Assembly: GCF_016433145.1 (NCBI RefSeq) | Contig: NC_058132.1 | Span: 284,991,187 to 285,055,186, forward strand | Source: Gracilinanus agilis | Taxonomy: Eukaryota | Direction: 5' to 3' | DNA length: 64,000 bases | Part shown: in pieces, positions 1-12,079 of the stretch | Layout of the letters: each line of letters starts with the position of its first letter | How positions within the stretch are numbered: the first letter of the stretch is position 1 | Notes under the pieces: generated by a model | What the model saw: only the letters and a program-made list of their open reading frames with translations | What the model was told of the DNA's origin: nothing | Database searches by the model: none | Program-made: the position numbers and the translations under genes

Positions 1-452
1 TCCTCCTTGCCCACTTTGATACCTTCAATTTCTTTTTCTTCTCTAATTGCAACTGCTAGTGTTTCTACTACAATGTTAAATAATAGAGGTGACAATGGGC
101 ATCCTCGTTTTACTCCTGATCTTATTGGGAAGGCTTCTAATTTATCCCCATTGCATATAATGTTTATTGATGGTCTTAGGTATATACTGTTTATTATTTT
201 TAGGAAAGTTCCTTCTATTCCTATACTTTTCAGTGTTTTCAATAGGAATGGATGCTGTATTTTGTCAAAGGCTTTTTCAGCATCTATTGAGATAATCATG
301 TGATTTTTGTTTGTTGGACTGTTGATATGGTCAATTATGTGGATGGTTTTCCTAATGTTGAACCATCCTTGCATTCCTGGTATAAATCCCACCTGATCAT
401 GGTGAATGATTTTCTTAATTACTTGCTGGAGTCTCTTTGCTCATATTTTTTT
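1..452 (-). mobile_element. LINE-1 ORF2 reverse-transcriptase segment, 5'-truncated, runs off the window edge
   Basis: Minus-strand frame is open from ~441 to 1 and reads [32 protein letters not shown]...[21 protein letters not shown]...[35 protein letters not shown], typical L1 RT motifs. Confidence 0.97.
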
Positions 453-702
453 TCATAGTGTCCTGACTTTCCCAGAGTCTGGTATTGGAGATCTTTTCAG
501 GCCATCTGATGTTCAAGATTTGACATAGGCCTGGAGTTTGTTGGCTTTTGCCAGCACACGTCATGGACTCTGTTGGAGAGCAATCTTCCAGACTAGGCGA
601 TCATTGATTTTGTTGGTATAATGAGGTTGCAGTTTCTATAGCAAATGAGATTTTTACAGGGTGAGGTTGCTAGCATCACTCCCAACCCTCCTCCTTTTTC
701 AG
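453..702 (-). mobile_element. RTE-clade LINE-derived non-autonomous (bipartite) fragment
   Basis: Minus strand begins with an RTE-type 5' motif (GGGTTGGGAGTGATGCTAGCAACCTCACCCTGTAAAAA) and within ~150 bp encodes NKLQAYV / ILNIRWPEKISNTRLWE, resembling the RTE ORF C-terminus (CLRRILNIRWPEKISN). Confidence 0.75.
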
Positions 703-1799
703 CAATATAATAAATACAACAAAAACAAACAAAATAGAAATGTATAATGCAAGAAAGAAGAGACAGAATTCATGTAGTAAGTGTAGTAGTTACTCATATG
801 GATGCTTCTCACAAAATAGTATTTGACTATCCCAATAGTTGCAATTTCATAACTTTCAAATGTGATGGGTTTATACATCTCAGTTTCTTCATAGACAATA
901 AAATAGTGATATTTGTAAATTTAGATGTTAAAGGCTAAGCAATGGAAAGATATCTTTATAAAATGATTTAATGACATGTCTTTCAAATGGTGAAATGTCC
1001 TGCTTAGCTCTGACTGGATTTCATTTGAAAGTAAGTGATTTGCCTACAATTCTTCAGGAAAACATGAATTTTGTTAAGGGAAGCTCAATAGCAATACACA
1101 GATAAATAAATTTGATTGGAAAGGAACTGTAAAGGTTGTGAATGCCAACTGCCTCACTTTTTCAAGAAATTAGAGCTCAAAAGTTAAGATTATTTTTCTG
1201 ACATCATGCAAATAGCAAGTGGCAGAGTAAGTACTCAAACCTAAGCCATCTCACTTTGTGTTCAATGTTATTTTCTCTATATTTTAAGGTCCCTTCACAA
1301 ATGTTTAAAGTAGTTAAAATCAGTCAGGGAGTGATTTACCAGAAAAATGAAATTTTAGTTAATTTTAGAAAAAATGTATTAATTATTCCAGGTGGAGTAA
1401 TCCCCTCCTTTGTACAAAGCACTATTCATTATAAAAAAAGGGGGGTGGGAACAGAAGAGAAAATTCTTACTCTCAAGAAGTATATACAAGGTAGTAAAGA
1501 ATTATGCAGAATCATTTAATATGGGGCAAATTTAATTAAGTACTATAGAAAAATCATAGGTTTCCATAGCCTCTTACAGAGGCTTTGTAAGAGTCTAAAG
1601 AGTACTCACAAGATGTTGTCAAGGTTACAGCCCTGCTGTCCTGACACAACACCTCTTTGCCTAGTGTTGCAAGATTCACTGTTCTTGATAAATGCTCTTA
1701 TAGCTTCTACTTCAAATTCTGCTTGATATTAATCTGAAATATGCCTCTTAGATACCCATTTTCCTGGTCCTGCCTTTCAGGGTCAAAGACATCATATCT

Positions 1800-1995
1800 C
1801 AAGCATCCATCTCATGACAGCTTATGAAATACTCAAATACAACAATCATGCTCCCCCATCCCTTAGGCCATCTCTTCCCTGGGCTAAACCTATCCTTCAC
1901 CTGATCATCATGCTACCTGGACACAAGGCTCTCCACTTCATCACAGCTTACTTCCTCTGGACACTATTCAAATCATCAGTGTCCTTAAAATCCAA
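1800..1995 (-). mobile_element. CR1/L3 LINE 3' RT fragment (ancient)
   Basis: Reverse complement resembles the decayed CR1 end (..GATGATTTGAATAGTGTCCAGAGGAAG..TTTAGCCCAGGGAAGAGA..TTTGAGTATTTCATAAGCTGTCATG). Confidence 0.6.
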
Positions 1996-2098
1996 AAAAA
2001 GCCCAGAACTGAAGAAAATATTCTAGATGATGTTTGATGGAGGCCTTCCATTCAGGGAAATCAAGAAGTTATTAGCTATTATGCTTTAGAAAGAAGAA

Positions 2099-2141
2099 AG
2101 AGAGAGAGAAAGAGAGGAGAGAGAGAGAGAGAGAGAGAGAG
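2099..2141. repeat. (GA)n microsatellite
   Basis: Directly visible GA run. Confidence 0.95.
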
Positions 2142-2669
2142 CATAGCAGCATACCAGCAGATTCCTGAATAAATGAAATCCTCTAACTACCACTGACCAT
2201 CATGCTCTAGTGCAAGAGTGGTGATATGTTTCCCAAACTCTTCATTTAGTTTCTTTTTCTTCTAGTGGTCTTTAGCAGATGCCAATGAATCACGTCTGTT
2301 TCTCTTTGCATTTTCCTTTTCCCAAATATTTTACACCAAGCTCCATCTATCTTATTTTTGGATTTCTTCACATACCTTCTTAATTTATGATATGTTACCC
2401 ATCTTTTATGTGCCCTGTTACTTTTGAATAAGGCAAACCCAACCAGAATTATCACCCATCATGAATTTTATTCCATTTATTCCATTACACAGTTTCTTTT
2501 ACTTAATCTAAACATTTAATATATGTATAATCCCTTGAGACCTTGGGCTCCTTTGCATTTGTGAGTGTCTTATACCTGCTAGTCTTCTTTCTACCGTGTA
2601 GGTGCTCCAAAACTGTTTATTGTGAAACTGCTTTGATTGAATTTTCAACTGGAAAAAGTGCTTTGGAAA

Positions 2670-2970
2670 TTGTGATTAGGGAGCCTTAACAGAAATTTCA
2701 AAAGAATGATAAAAGTGGAAGGCAGATTTCAAAAGGCCAAGCAGTAGAGTTGAGTCAATTGTGGTAGAAGGTTAACATTTCATTTTGAGGTAATTTGTCT
2801 TTAAAAAGGAGACAGGACAGTAATTTGAGGAAGGTAGTACAGAAGATGAGATTTTATGTAGATTTTAATTGTGCTCATAATTTTCTATTCTAAATTATTT
2901 TTTTTAAGAGGGAAACACTTGAGCATGTTTGGAGGCAGAGGAAAAGACAGGTGTTAAAAAATGTAAAGTA
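2670..2970 (-). mobile_element. L2 LINE fragment (ancient)
   Basis: Purine-rich antisense L2 pattern (GGAAGGCAGATTTCAAAAGG..TTTTTTAAGAGGGAAACACTTGAGCATGTTTGGAGGCAGAGG). Confidence 0.6.
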
Positions 2971-3774
2971 GAAATGGAATAATAAATTACAAAAAGGTCC
3001 TTAAAAAGCTGATGAGAGAGTAGACAGGTAAGAGGTTAATTTTTGGGATAAAGCTACATACTTTGTCTCCTGAGACAGTAGGAAGGAAAAATGGTTGGGT
3101 GAATATCAAAGTTTTGTGGTAAAGAGTAGATTTAAGTAATAGTTTTTCCATTTGGTTGGACTGGTCTTCTCCAAATAACATCATTACAATCAAAAGACAA
3201 ACCATTATCCTGGAGAATTCAATCCCTGAAATCCTTTAAGCTCTCTATCTAATTAAAAATATCTGTCCTTTTTAAGGTAAAGAATACTTCTGTATTCAAT
3301 TTATACAATAGCAAATTGATTTAGACTTGTTGATATGTTGCTTTGTAAACATATCCTTCAGTTGTTTCACATATGTGTGGTCCACTTTCCTATCTAGGTA
3401 GAATGTTAATCTTCTTGAGAGAGTGCAGACAATAAAGAAATGAGGGCACAAGATAGCTCCTCTCCACTTTGTACCACAAATGGAATGTAACCACCACTAT
3501 TCTGAAGACAAAAGAGAAAATGAAGAACAGTCATTTTCTTTATTCATTTATCAACTTGTGACATTAGAATTTTTTCTGCATATTTTTTTCTCTTTTTCAC
3601 TTATATAACTGGGTAACATATTCAGGTGCTTTTCTTAAACAATCAGAAAGGGAAATGGCATGTCTTTGGTGTCTTTTTATATGAGAATTTCCTTACTTTG
3701 AAATTCGTCTCCATGTTATTTTCCAACAACCAAACCTAACTATTCAGCTTTCAAAGCCCCATAATAGCATAGAC

Positions 3775-3945
3775 ACAGTGGGATAATGCTGAATCTGGAG
3801 TCAGAGGACCTGGGTTCAAATCTAGGATTTGCTATTTAATAACAGAATGGCCTTAGGCAAATCACACAACCTGTCTGGGACTCAGATCCTCTAGAACTAA
3901 GAAAAGAGTCTCTAATACTACTTATTGCTCTAAATCCATGGCCCT
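3775..3945 (+). mobile_element. MIR/CORE SINE
   Basis: CTGGAGTCAGAGGACCTGGGTTCAAATC B-box, then CCTTAGGCAAATCACACAACC core. Confidence 0.8.
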
Positions 3946-4364
3946 AACTCTTCAAAACATGCTTTATGGACTTCCAATGCCTAAGTCAAAAGTTTTCCCT
4001 AAAGAAAGTAAAAATGTACCTATGGATTTTTAGCCAAGTTCTACAGAAAGCCCACATATTGCTTCAGATAGAATTTGAGTAGTTTTGGGAAGGCATCAGG
4101 TAATCAAAGAAAGAGGGATGGAAAATTCTTTCCCTTTCTTCCTCTGAGTATAATGTTGGTAATTTCCTTTCAGAAGTAAATTAGACACATGTGCAGGATA
4201 CTGGAATTGGCTATCTTAGCTAATTAGGTAAAATAAAGTAACACCTCAGTAGTTTCATTTTCTATTGCTTTTAAAATGTCACATGCCATTTGGGGGTCTT
4301 TACACAGTAGCAACACATTCATTCATTAAGCATTTACTAAATGCCTAGTAAGTTCAAAAGATGC

Positions 4365-4565
4365 AACAAGGCATAACACTAGAGTGCTAGCCTTAGAATC
4401 AAGAAGTCCTGAGTTCAATTGATTACGTGATTAGGAAAATTTATTCAACCTTTCAGTGTCTCACACATATCTCTAAAACTATAGATCATAAAGAAGGTGC
4501 TGATCTTTATTTGTATAGAAGTTCATCAACAAGAATTCCTTCAACTAATGAAATCTCATATTCTG
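4365..4565 (+). mobile_element. Marsupial CORE-type SINE (decayed)
   Basis: AGAGTGCTAGCCTTAGAATCAAGAAGTCCTGAGTTCAA head and CTCTAAAACTATAGATCATAAAGAAGGTGCTGATC tail; a similar copy lies at ~5745-5960. Confidence 0.65.
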
Positions 4566-5744
4566 AACAGAAGTTCAAGGTACCCTTCTAGGTACTAAAG
4601 ATACAAACCAAAATATGATTTAATTCTCCAACTCAAAGTTCTTTCACTCATACATTTATTGACTGGCATTCAAGGATCTTCAATTCAATAGAAATCAGTT
4701 TTGCCTATAAATGTCGTTAGTACTTGTTAAAAAGTTTAATATGTACATTTTTGTTTTTTTCAACAATGGCAAAATGGAAAAAATGGTTGATTTTTTTCCT
4801 CTCTTCAATAGATAAGTTGATCAAATTCTTAATTTTGGACATTGTAATTTTTGGGTAGAACCAACTACATGATAGATAGGTTTTTTTCATATATAAGAAA
4901 AAAATTTACAAATATTTATATATAAAGATAAGGAGAAAAGTTTTTTTTAAAAATTTTAAAATGAGGAGTTAGCCAATTTTAGTTGGTGGTGAATTATCAG
5001 TGTGGTTCTTCACTGGAGAAAGCTTGAATTTTCATTTTCTTACTTTTTTGTCTCTAGGAAATCAATGGTTCATCTATACATTTGGACTGAAATGGCTAAA
5101 AACAAGAGTGTGGACATGTAATCAGTGGTCATGAGTATGCAATTTTGTCCTTCCTTAAGTGAGCTTTATTAAACTATGTTGAAAGCTAGAAAATTTAATC
5201 TTATTAATTTAAGAGGTAAATTTAGGTGATAAGTAAAAAGGAATACAAAGAGAATTGATTATAGCAGTTCTCTTCCAATATTAAGGGCAATATGAAAATA
5301 TGTAAATACAAGCAGTTTCAAAATTTTCTCCTTAAAATAAAATGTCCTTTCTGAATAGCCTCATCTTTCATCTATTTCATTAACCATACATGGACTCTTA
5401 TTTTGTTGATAAAGGATCATCTCAAGCAAGGAAAGTCCTTCAGCAAATGTAGCTCAGTATCTTCTTGCAACTTAAAGAATCAGGGTGTGCTAAAGCAGCG
5501 AGAATGTAAGGCATTTGCCAACAGTCACAGAGCCATTATATATAAGAAAGCAGGTCTTGAACTCAGTTCTTCATGGTTTAAAGGACAGCTATCTACTATG
5601 TCGAGTTGCCTTTCTATATCTAAATTTTCAAAATTTTCCTTCCATTGAAATACACTACATATAATATCAGGTTAGGTAACATAATAATATCTAAGAAATA
5701 TTGATAAATAATATTTTCTCTTCCAAGGAAAGGTAATTGGTTTC

Positions 5745-5960
5745 ACTAAGGCAGTATGATGTACTAGGTAGAGAACAAGCCTTAGAGTTGGTAAAACATA
5801 GATTCGGTTTCTACTCCTGATGTGTACTGGTTATATGACTATGGCCCAACCACTTAACCAAGCCAAGAAACTCTCTAAACCTATCACTTACCAAGGGAGA
5901 TGCTAATTTCCATTTTTAGAATAGGTATCCATATAGAGAGTTCTTTATACAGATTAGATT
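5745..5960 (+). mobile_element. Marsupial CORE-type SINE (decayed)
   Basis: GGCAGTATGATGTAC..GAGAACAAGCCTTAGAGTTGG head, ACCACTTAACC core, CTCTCTAAAC tail. Confidence 0.6.
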
Positions 5961-6079
5961 ATATTAAAAGACTCCTTTCTTCTAAACATATTTTAAGTTC
6001 GGGATACTCATTTTAATACCCAGAAGGCATGAGTTTATGAGTTCACAATGGAAAATTCAAAAGATTCTATTACAACAGT

Positions 6080-6482
6080 CAAAAATAGTTTGTTGCAGTG
6101 TAGTACTCTGGCCAGCTGTGAATGACTTCATTATTATTAGCAATATAAAGGTCCAGGATAACTCCAAGGAACTCATGAGGGAAAAGCATGTACACCAACA
6201 CAGAAGCAACTGGAATATGAATACAGATTGAAGCATGCCATTCTTCACTTCTTTTGCTCCATGTATATTCTCTAAAATAAGCAATAGGTATTTTTCCACA
6301 ATAAAATGTAGAAATATATATTGTATGATAATACATGTACAATCTATATCACATTAACTGTTATATTGGAGAGGGGTGAGAGATGAGAGGGAAGACGAGA
6401 ACATGGATCACCAAATGTCAGAAAATGATTATTAAAAATTGTATGGACATATAATCTAGAAAAATAAAAATAAAATTTTAAG
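6080..6482 (+). mobile_element. Old L1 3' end/3'UTR fragment
   Basis: GGTCCAGGATAACTCCAAGGAACTCATGAGGGAAAAGC is homologous to the L1 3' ends at ~17950 and ~50105; ends in A-rich AAAAATAAAAATAAAATTTT. Confidence 0.75.
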
Positions 6483-7049
6483 ATCATATTGGTTTGGGTA
6501 TTATTTCCAAAACAGATTCTATTTTCATACTTTCAATACAAACTTCTCCAGCTACCTGACATCCTCCTGAGTAACCATGATTCCAAACATATATTAATTT
6601 ACAGTTTCATTTCCTGGGTCTTTTACTCTATAAATAACATTAATTATCTCTTTGTCCTTATGTGTTCCCTGTTCCTATGAATCAAACGTATAGTGCACAT
6701 TGCTGACTTACTACATTTTAGTCTGATCACACAGAATGCAGTAGGGTTCAGCAGGAGCCATCATAAAAACAGAATTATCTCTCACCCTAGGAGGCTTGCC
6801 CTTCCTGGTAAAGGTTGAAAGAAATGTTTGGAAGCTCATACTAATACCTCTCACAGTTTACCAGACTGTGAATAAAACACAGTTTTAGCAAGGATGATTA
6901 GAGTGATATACTTGGGAAGTGAGAGGGTAGTGTAGAAAGTATTTGGAAGGGATATAAATAAAAAAGAATGTATGGACAAAATCCATTTTGGCAAAGGGTC
7001 ATTATTCTTAAAGTCCTAAGAACCTAGGTATATTCCCATTGCAAAATCA

Positions 7050-7620
7050 TCACCGGGATCATTGGAGCTAGAATGATGACTGACCTCTAGTCCACACCTT
7101 ACATTTTATATGAGGAATTTGAGAATCAGGGAGATCATGTGAATTGCCTAGAGTTGCATTAAGTATCAGAGGTGGAATTTGAACCCAGGACCTTTGACTC
7201 AAGGCAGTTCTTCCATAAATGTCTCTATAGAAAAATTTCTATTTAGAGCTTATTTAGTCATTTAATAAATTAACTGTAATCTATGTGTTGTCATTTTTAT
7301 TACAAAATGATCCCCTGGAGAACAGAGACATCTCTTAATAATAATAATAATAATAATAAATATTATGACTATATTACATGTTGGTAGATAATTATATGTA
7401 GCATTATTATAGATGACACTTATATAGTATAAGCTTTAGAGCCCAAAGAAATAGGTACTATTATTATTCCCATTTTACAAATAAGGAAACACAATTTATG
7501 ACACTTGCCTAGTGTTACCCAGCTAGTAAATGCCTGTGGCTACATTTGAACTCAGAATTTCCTGGCTCCAGAACTGGCACTCTATTCATTATATCACCCA
7601 GCATCCAGCACAATGCTAGT
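7050..7620 (-). mobile_element. Two antisense MIR copies with an (AAT)n tract at ~7337-7360
   Basis: ATTTTATATGAGGAATTTGAG..GAATTTGAACCCAGG and CCCATTTTACAAATAAGGAAAC..ATTTGAACTCAG antisense cores. Confidence 0.75.
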
Positions 7621-8359
7621 TTAGCACATAATGACTGCTTAATACCAGTTTTAATTCATTCCTGTCTTTTGGAGATATGAGTAAATATATGAATTTTCAT
7701 TTGTTTAACATTTCTCACTAAAACTTCATTGACATAAAACTAAACTTAGTGAGTGTTAGGATTAAGTGTGTTTTCTACTTCATTCTTCATTCTTTCAATT
7801 CTAATTTCTTTCTTATTTCATCTTTTGTGGACTTCTTTGGCTTCTCTACTATTTCCCTGTTCAGGGGGCCACTCCAAGAAAGATTCATCTCTGGAACCAT
7901 ATAAGTTTTTTGGTTTTTTTTTTTCTCGAAGGAGTATGTTGCATCAGGAAATCTAGAGAATTCAATCCCTGTACTCTTGAATTTAGGATTACCCACCAGG
8001 TGACTGAATAGTTCCATTTCTCAAGCTGAGAAATTCATTTTGAGGGTCTTTCTTTACCAAACATGTTCATAGCATGTACTTCTGAGGGACTGTATCAATG
8101 CTCTAGCTGATACAACTTCATATGTTCAAAAAGTCTGAGCTCAGAAATTCTTGTTTCACACCTGTGGTCAGAAGCTATGAGCTAGAACATTTTACTCTGA
8201 AAGGATTTCTAACCCAGAGCAGACATTGCCACTTTCTTTGGAAAAGGAAACCACCTGATTACAAAGTCTCCTTAGCCAATGAATTGGGAAAGATTTCATA
8301 TGATGACCATGATGGGCTTTTTTGTTTCTCCAAGCAGAGCATAAAGCACCACACAGGAT

Positions 8360-8520
8360 CATAAAATTATGGATTTATAGCTAGAAGGAAACTTGGAGGT
8401 CAGAGTCCAATACCTTCATTTTATAATTGAGAAAACTTAGGCCCAGAGAAGATATGTCACTTCCCCAGCATCACACAGGTTAAGTATCTGAAGTATGAAC
8501 ACAGGTTTTCCTGGATGAGT
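8360..8520 (-). mobile_element. MIR SINE
   Basis: CATTTTATAATTGAGAAAACTTAGGCCCAGAGAAG..CATCACACAGG antisense core. Confidence 0.7.
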
Positions 8521-9029
8521 CCAAAAAGTATTTTAAAAAAATTGTAAATATCTGAAGAAGAATTCCAAATCTGGTTTTCCTGCCTCAGTCCATTTCACTA
8601 TTTTCTATACAGCACCTTAGATTTTTCATTACTCAGCAAAACAAGCAAATTAGCCTACCACTTTTAAAAATGTATGTGATACATTGGTTAATCAATTATC
8701 AGTTATCTAAATTGCTCAGATTCATTCGTCATAGCAAAAATAAAGGACGTTATGACTGTTTTTATTTTTTTTCTTGATCCCGCTATCTTTACTGTCAATA
8801 GAGCTGGATTGCATACCTCAATTTTGAACACAGGACTATAGAAGTTTGTAGACATAGATTGAAATGAGATGAAAGTGACCATTTTCTTTCCACAATGTTT
8901 CCATTCCCACCCATGAAGCTATGCCTCATTTCCAAGATTTGCACACTATCCTACTAACTCTAAGAGGTTGTCTACTTTTGGCCTTCAGTAAATACTTGTT
9001 TCTTGAATCAGATGTGTCAGACCCTTCCT

Positions 9030-9187
9030 GCTAAATCTTCCAAATGAAGACCAAACCAGATTAAAATATAACTGGGAAATGTTTAACAAAATAAATAAAA
9101 TACCATACAACATAGATAATGTTAATTTGTGGTTTTCTAAGTCAACATGCTATAGGCAGTGATCTGTTTCTATGTTTGACATTGCTG
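9030..9187. mobile_element. Non-autonomous hAT DNA transposon remnant
   Basis: ACTGGGAAATGTTTAACAAAATAAATAAAA..TTGTGGTTTTCTAAGTCAACATG body ending GTTTGACATTGCTG (decayed CAGTGGTGTCAAAC-type TIR); family recalled, not searched. Confidence 0.55.
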
Positions 9188-9269
9188 GACTAGATGATTT
9201 CCTCAAATAAACATACTTGAACCTTTTCTTCAGGCTTTCATTTTCCTCGGGAAGATTGCCAATTATTTT

Positions 9270-9890
9270 TTTTTAAACTGGTCTCCCTAACTCTGGATTT
9301 TTCTCTTGTAAACCATTTTATAGATGATCATCAGATTAATTTTCCTACTCCATACGAATCCAGTTGTATCTCTGATATGCTTTAAAAAGAGACACCCTTC
9401 CTAATGACTACCTAATTAAATGCAAAATAAATATAAATTCACATTCACAGCTCTCCATAAAAAGGCTCTAATTTATCTTTTCAAATGTACTCCCAATGAA
9501 TCTCCCTTATCCTAAATCCCTATGTCCCCTCCACCTTCTCTTCTACATTCTAAGAGAATAGAAAGCTGGATGATGACTCCCTGCTTTCCAATCATATACA
9601 CAGGTACAGTGTTCACACCTTACATGAAGCTGTTCCTTCTGCTTACAATACAAAGCTCTTGCACCTCTTTCTAGTGAAAATTTACAGATCCATCAAGGTC
9701 CAGATCAGATTCTATATCTTCTGTAAAGCATTATCTATGTAACCTCACACAAACTTCTTTGTTGCATGTTCATCTTATGGAAAAAAATTCATATCACTTT
9801 GAACTGTTTATTTATATTATCTAGTAGACAATAAGCATCAGGAGGAAAGGGGTTGCATCTTATTTTTTTCTCTGTAACTCTGGCTTCTCT
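9270..9890 (+). mobile_element. L2 LINE 3' fragment (ancient)
   Basis: Pyrimidine-rich L2-like 3' region ending AGACAATAAGCATCAGGAGGAAAGGGG..TGTAACTC. Confidence 0.55.
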
Positions 9891-10224
9891 AGCTTTGGTA
9901 AATTTACAAGTCTTTCTCGGTCTTTCCAATTGCTAGAGTATTAAAATATTTCAGTAACTTTCCAGTTATACTGAACCTCTCTTAGATGTTCCCAAATATT
10001 TGAATGTTCCTGCAGAATAAGACATCCTTAATGGCATGGACAAGTTTTTGGGGGCCAATGATTTATACTTTTAGTGCTTAGTATAGTGTCTGGCACATAG
10101 TGGCATTAAATAATTTTTTGGTCAATTGATATTTCTTACACTGTTCAATAAATAATTATTGAATCAAGTCATTTTGATATTTAGGCACTAATTTTCACTT
10201 TGTCATTTTGTTTTGTTTTTGAAA

Positions 10225-10468
10225 ATACTTATTGTTCAGTCACTTTAGTTGGGCTGACTCATTATGACTTCATTTGGGGTTTTCTTAGCCAAGATTCTAG
10301 AGTGGTTTGCCATTTCCTTTTCCAGATCATTTTACAGATAAGGAGGCAAACAGGATTAAGTGACTTGTCCAAGGTCACACAGCTAATAAGTATCTAAGGT
10401 CAGATTTGAAAAACTCAGGTTTTCCTGACCCCAGGATTTGCAGTCTCTCCACTGTGCCCACCTAGCCT
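10225..10468 (-). mobile_element. Mar1-type CORE SINE with RTE-like tail
   Basis: TTTGGGGTTTTCTTAGCCAAGATTCTAGAGTGGTTTGCCATTTCCTTTTCCAG tail plus CATTTTACAGATAAGG..AAGTGACTTGTCCAAGGTCACACAGCT core. Confidence 0.85.
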
Positions 10469-10481
10469 CCCTTGAAAATAC

Positions 10482-10656
10482 NNNNNNNNNNNNNNNNNNN
10501 NNNNNNNNNNNNNNNNNNNNNNNNNNNNNNNNNNNNNNNNNNNNNNNNNNNNNNNNNNNNNNNNNNNNNNNNNNNNNNNNNNNNNNNNNNNNNNNNNNNN
10601 NNNNNNNNNNNNNNNNNNNNNNNNNNNNNNNNNNNNNNNNNNNNNNNNNNNNNNNN
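10482..10656. other. Assembly gap (175 N)
   Basis: Run of N. Confidence 1.
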
Positions 10657-12079
10657 ATAGCAGAATTTATCTGGCTCTCAGAAATTTTGGGAAGGGAAAA
10701 GGGTCATAGCATTAATCTAACCCAGTCCCTTCATTTTTTAACTTCTGGCTTTTAAAATAGCTATACTACCGGCCTTACTTAAAGTATACAACATGTACCA
10801 TGGGCATGCTTGAGATGAGGTATAATAGATACAGTGAACCATGATGATGTCTATAAAAGAAAAACCTTTGATGTATGAATAATCCATCCTGAAATGGGTA
10901 CATGGTCCCATAGTTTCCTCAGCATCTATCACTCTAAACCATAAATATAAAATATAATTGGTTATGTGTTACATTTCTCTTTCCTCAGGTGGTCCCTGTT
11001 GTGGTAGACTACAGTTATATTGATGAATAAAATCAAAATAATAAATTCTTCTGTTAATGGCTTAGGATCCTATGTTTCAGAAATTGTGGAATGATGAACA
11101 ATATATTAAATCAGCCTTTCAGAGGGACAATTGGAAGAACTTTTAAAGTTAAGACATCAAACTTTCAGTACATGATTTCCCTTCAGTTTAAGGCTGATTT
11201 TTCTGAACCCAACTTGTCAAATTCAGCCTGTCTTTCCAAACATAATAAGCTCTCCCATGTGCTTTTCTGTTGTTGTGGTAACTTGTTTTTAAACCCTTCT
11301 TCTATCCCAATTAGAGACATAAATGTAGAAACAACATCCATACAGAAGCCTATGGGGGTATTGTAAAAAGAGTGTGAAAAGTATTCTTAGAGAAACCAGA
11401 AGAATGTAGGAATATAGTCGGTAGCAGTTCAGAAAGATTACTTTTTACTACTATGTCATTGTGTCACATCACAGAGGTTTCTTTTTTCATCCATTTTTCT
11501 GGGTGTGTAACCATTTGATAATACTCGACAAAAGCAGGGCTGTCAAAAGACTAATGCTGCGTCATCACGTTGCTGGTGGCCAGAAGCCAACTCTGTCAAC
11601 ACTTGGCTTTGTACTGTCCGGGAGAGAGAATTTGATTCTTCAGCAGTGTCTAATCAGTTTAAAACAAATCTGGAAGATGTTACTCAAAGACTAGATGAGA
11701 TCCAGGCCTTGGAAGCCCTTGCCGACAAAGAAAGTGAAGGATTTTCTTTAAAATGGAAACTGAAGATGTGGAGACAAACTGGAGGGGTTGGACTTAGTTG
11801 CAAATGTGAATAAGCAAAAGGGCATGGCTTTAAGAAGCTGGAATTACAACCCCAAAAAAGCCAGTGGAACTCCTTGAGAAAGGGAGGGAACCTAGGATCA
11901 GATTTCTAGAACTGTGCCCTTCAGCTCTCCTTTCAGGGAGTTGCCTAGATGTCAATTCATCTTTAATGTACTCCTTATAGAAAGAATGCTCCCATTAAGG
12001 CAAAATTATTTTTATTAACAATTTACATATGTATCTCAGAATTATGTATATTTAATATATAAAATTATATATAAACTTG

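Noticed and set aside
7-303. 98-aa plus-strand ORF
   Set aside because: Antisense frame of the L1 RT coding region; not an independent gene.
3061-3240. Protein-looking short frames (WLGEYQSFVVKSRF; FSIWLDWSSPNNIITIKRQTIILENS)
   Set aside because: Interrupted by stops, no splice pair, no recognisable family or viral homology.
5403-5648. 81-aa ORF with TATATAAG motif
   Set aside because: No recognisable homology; a TATA-like string is expected by chance in AT-rich DNA.
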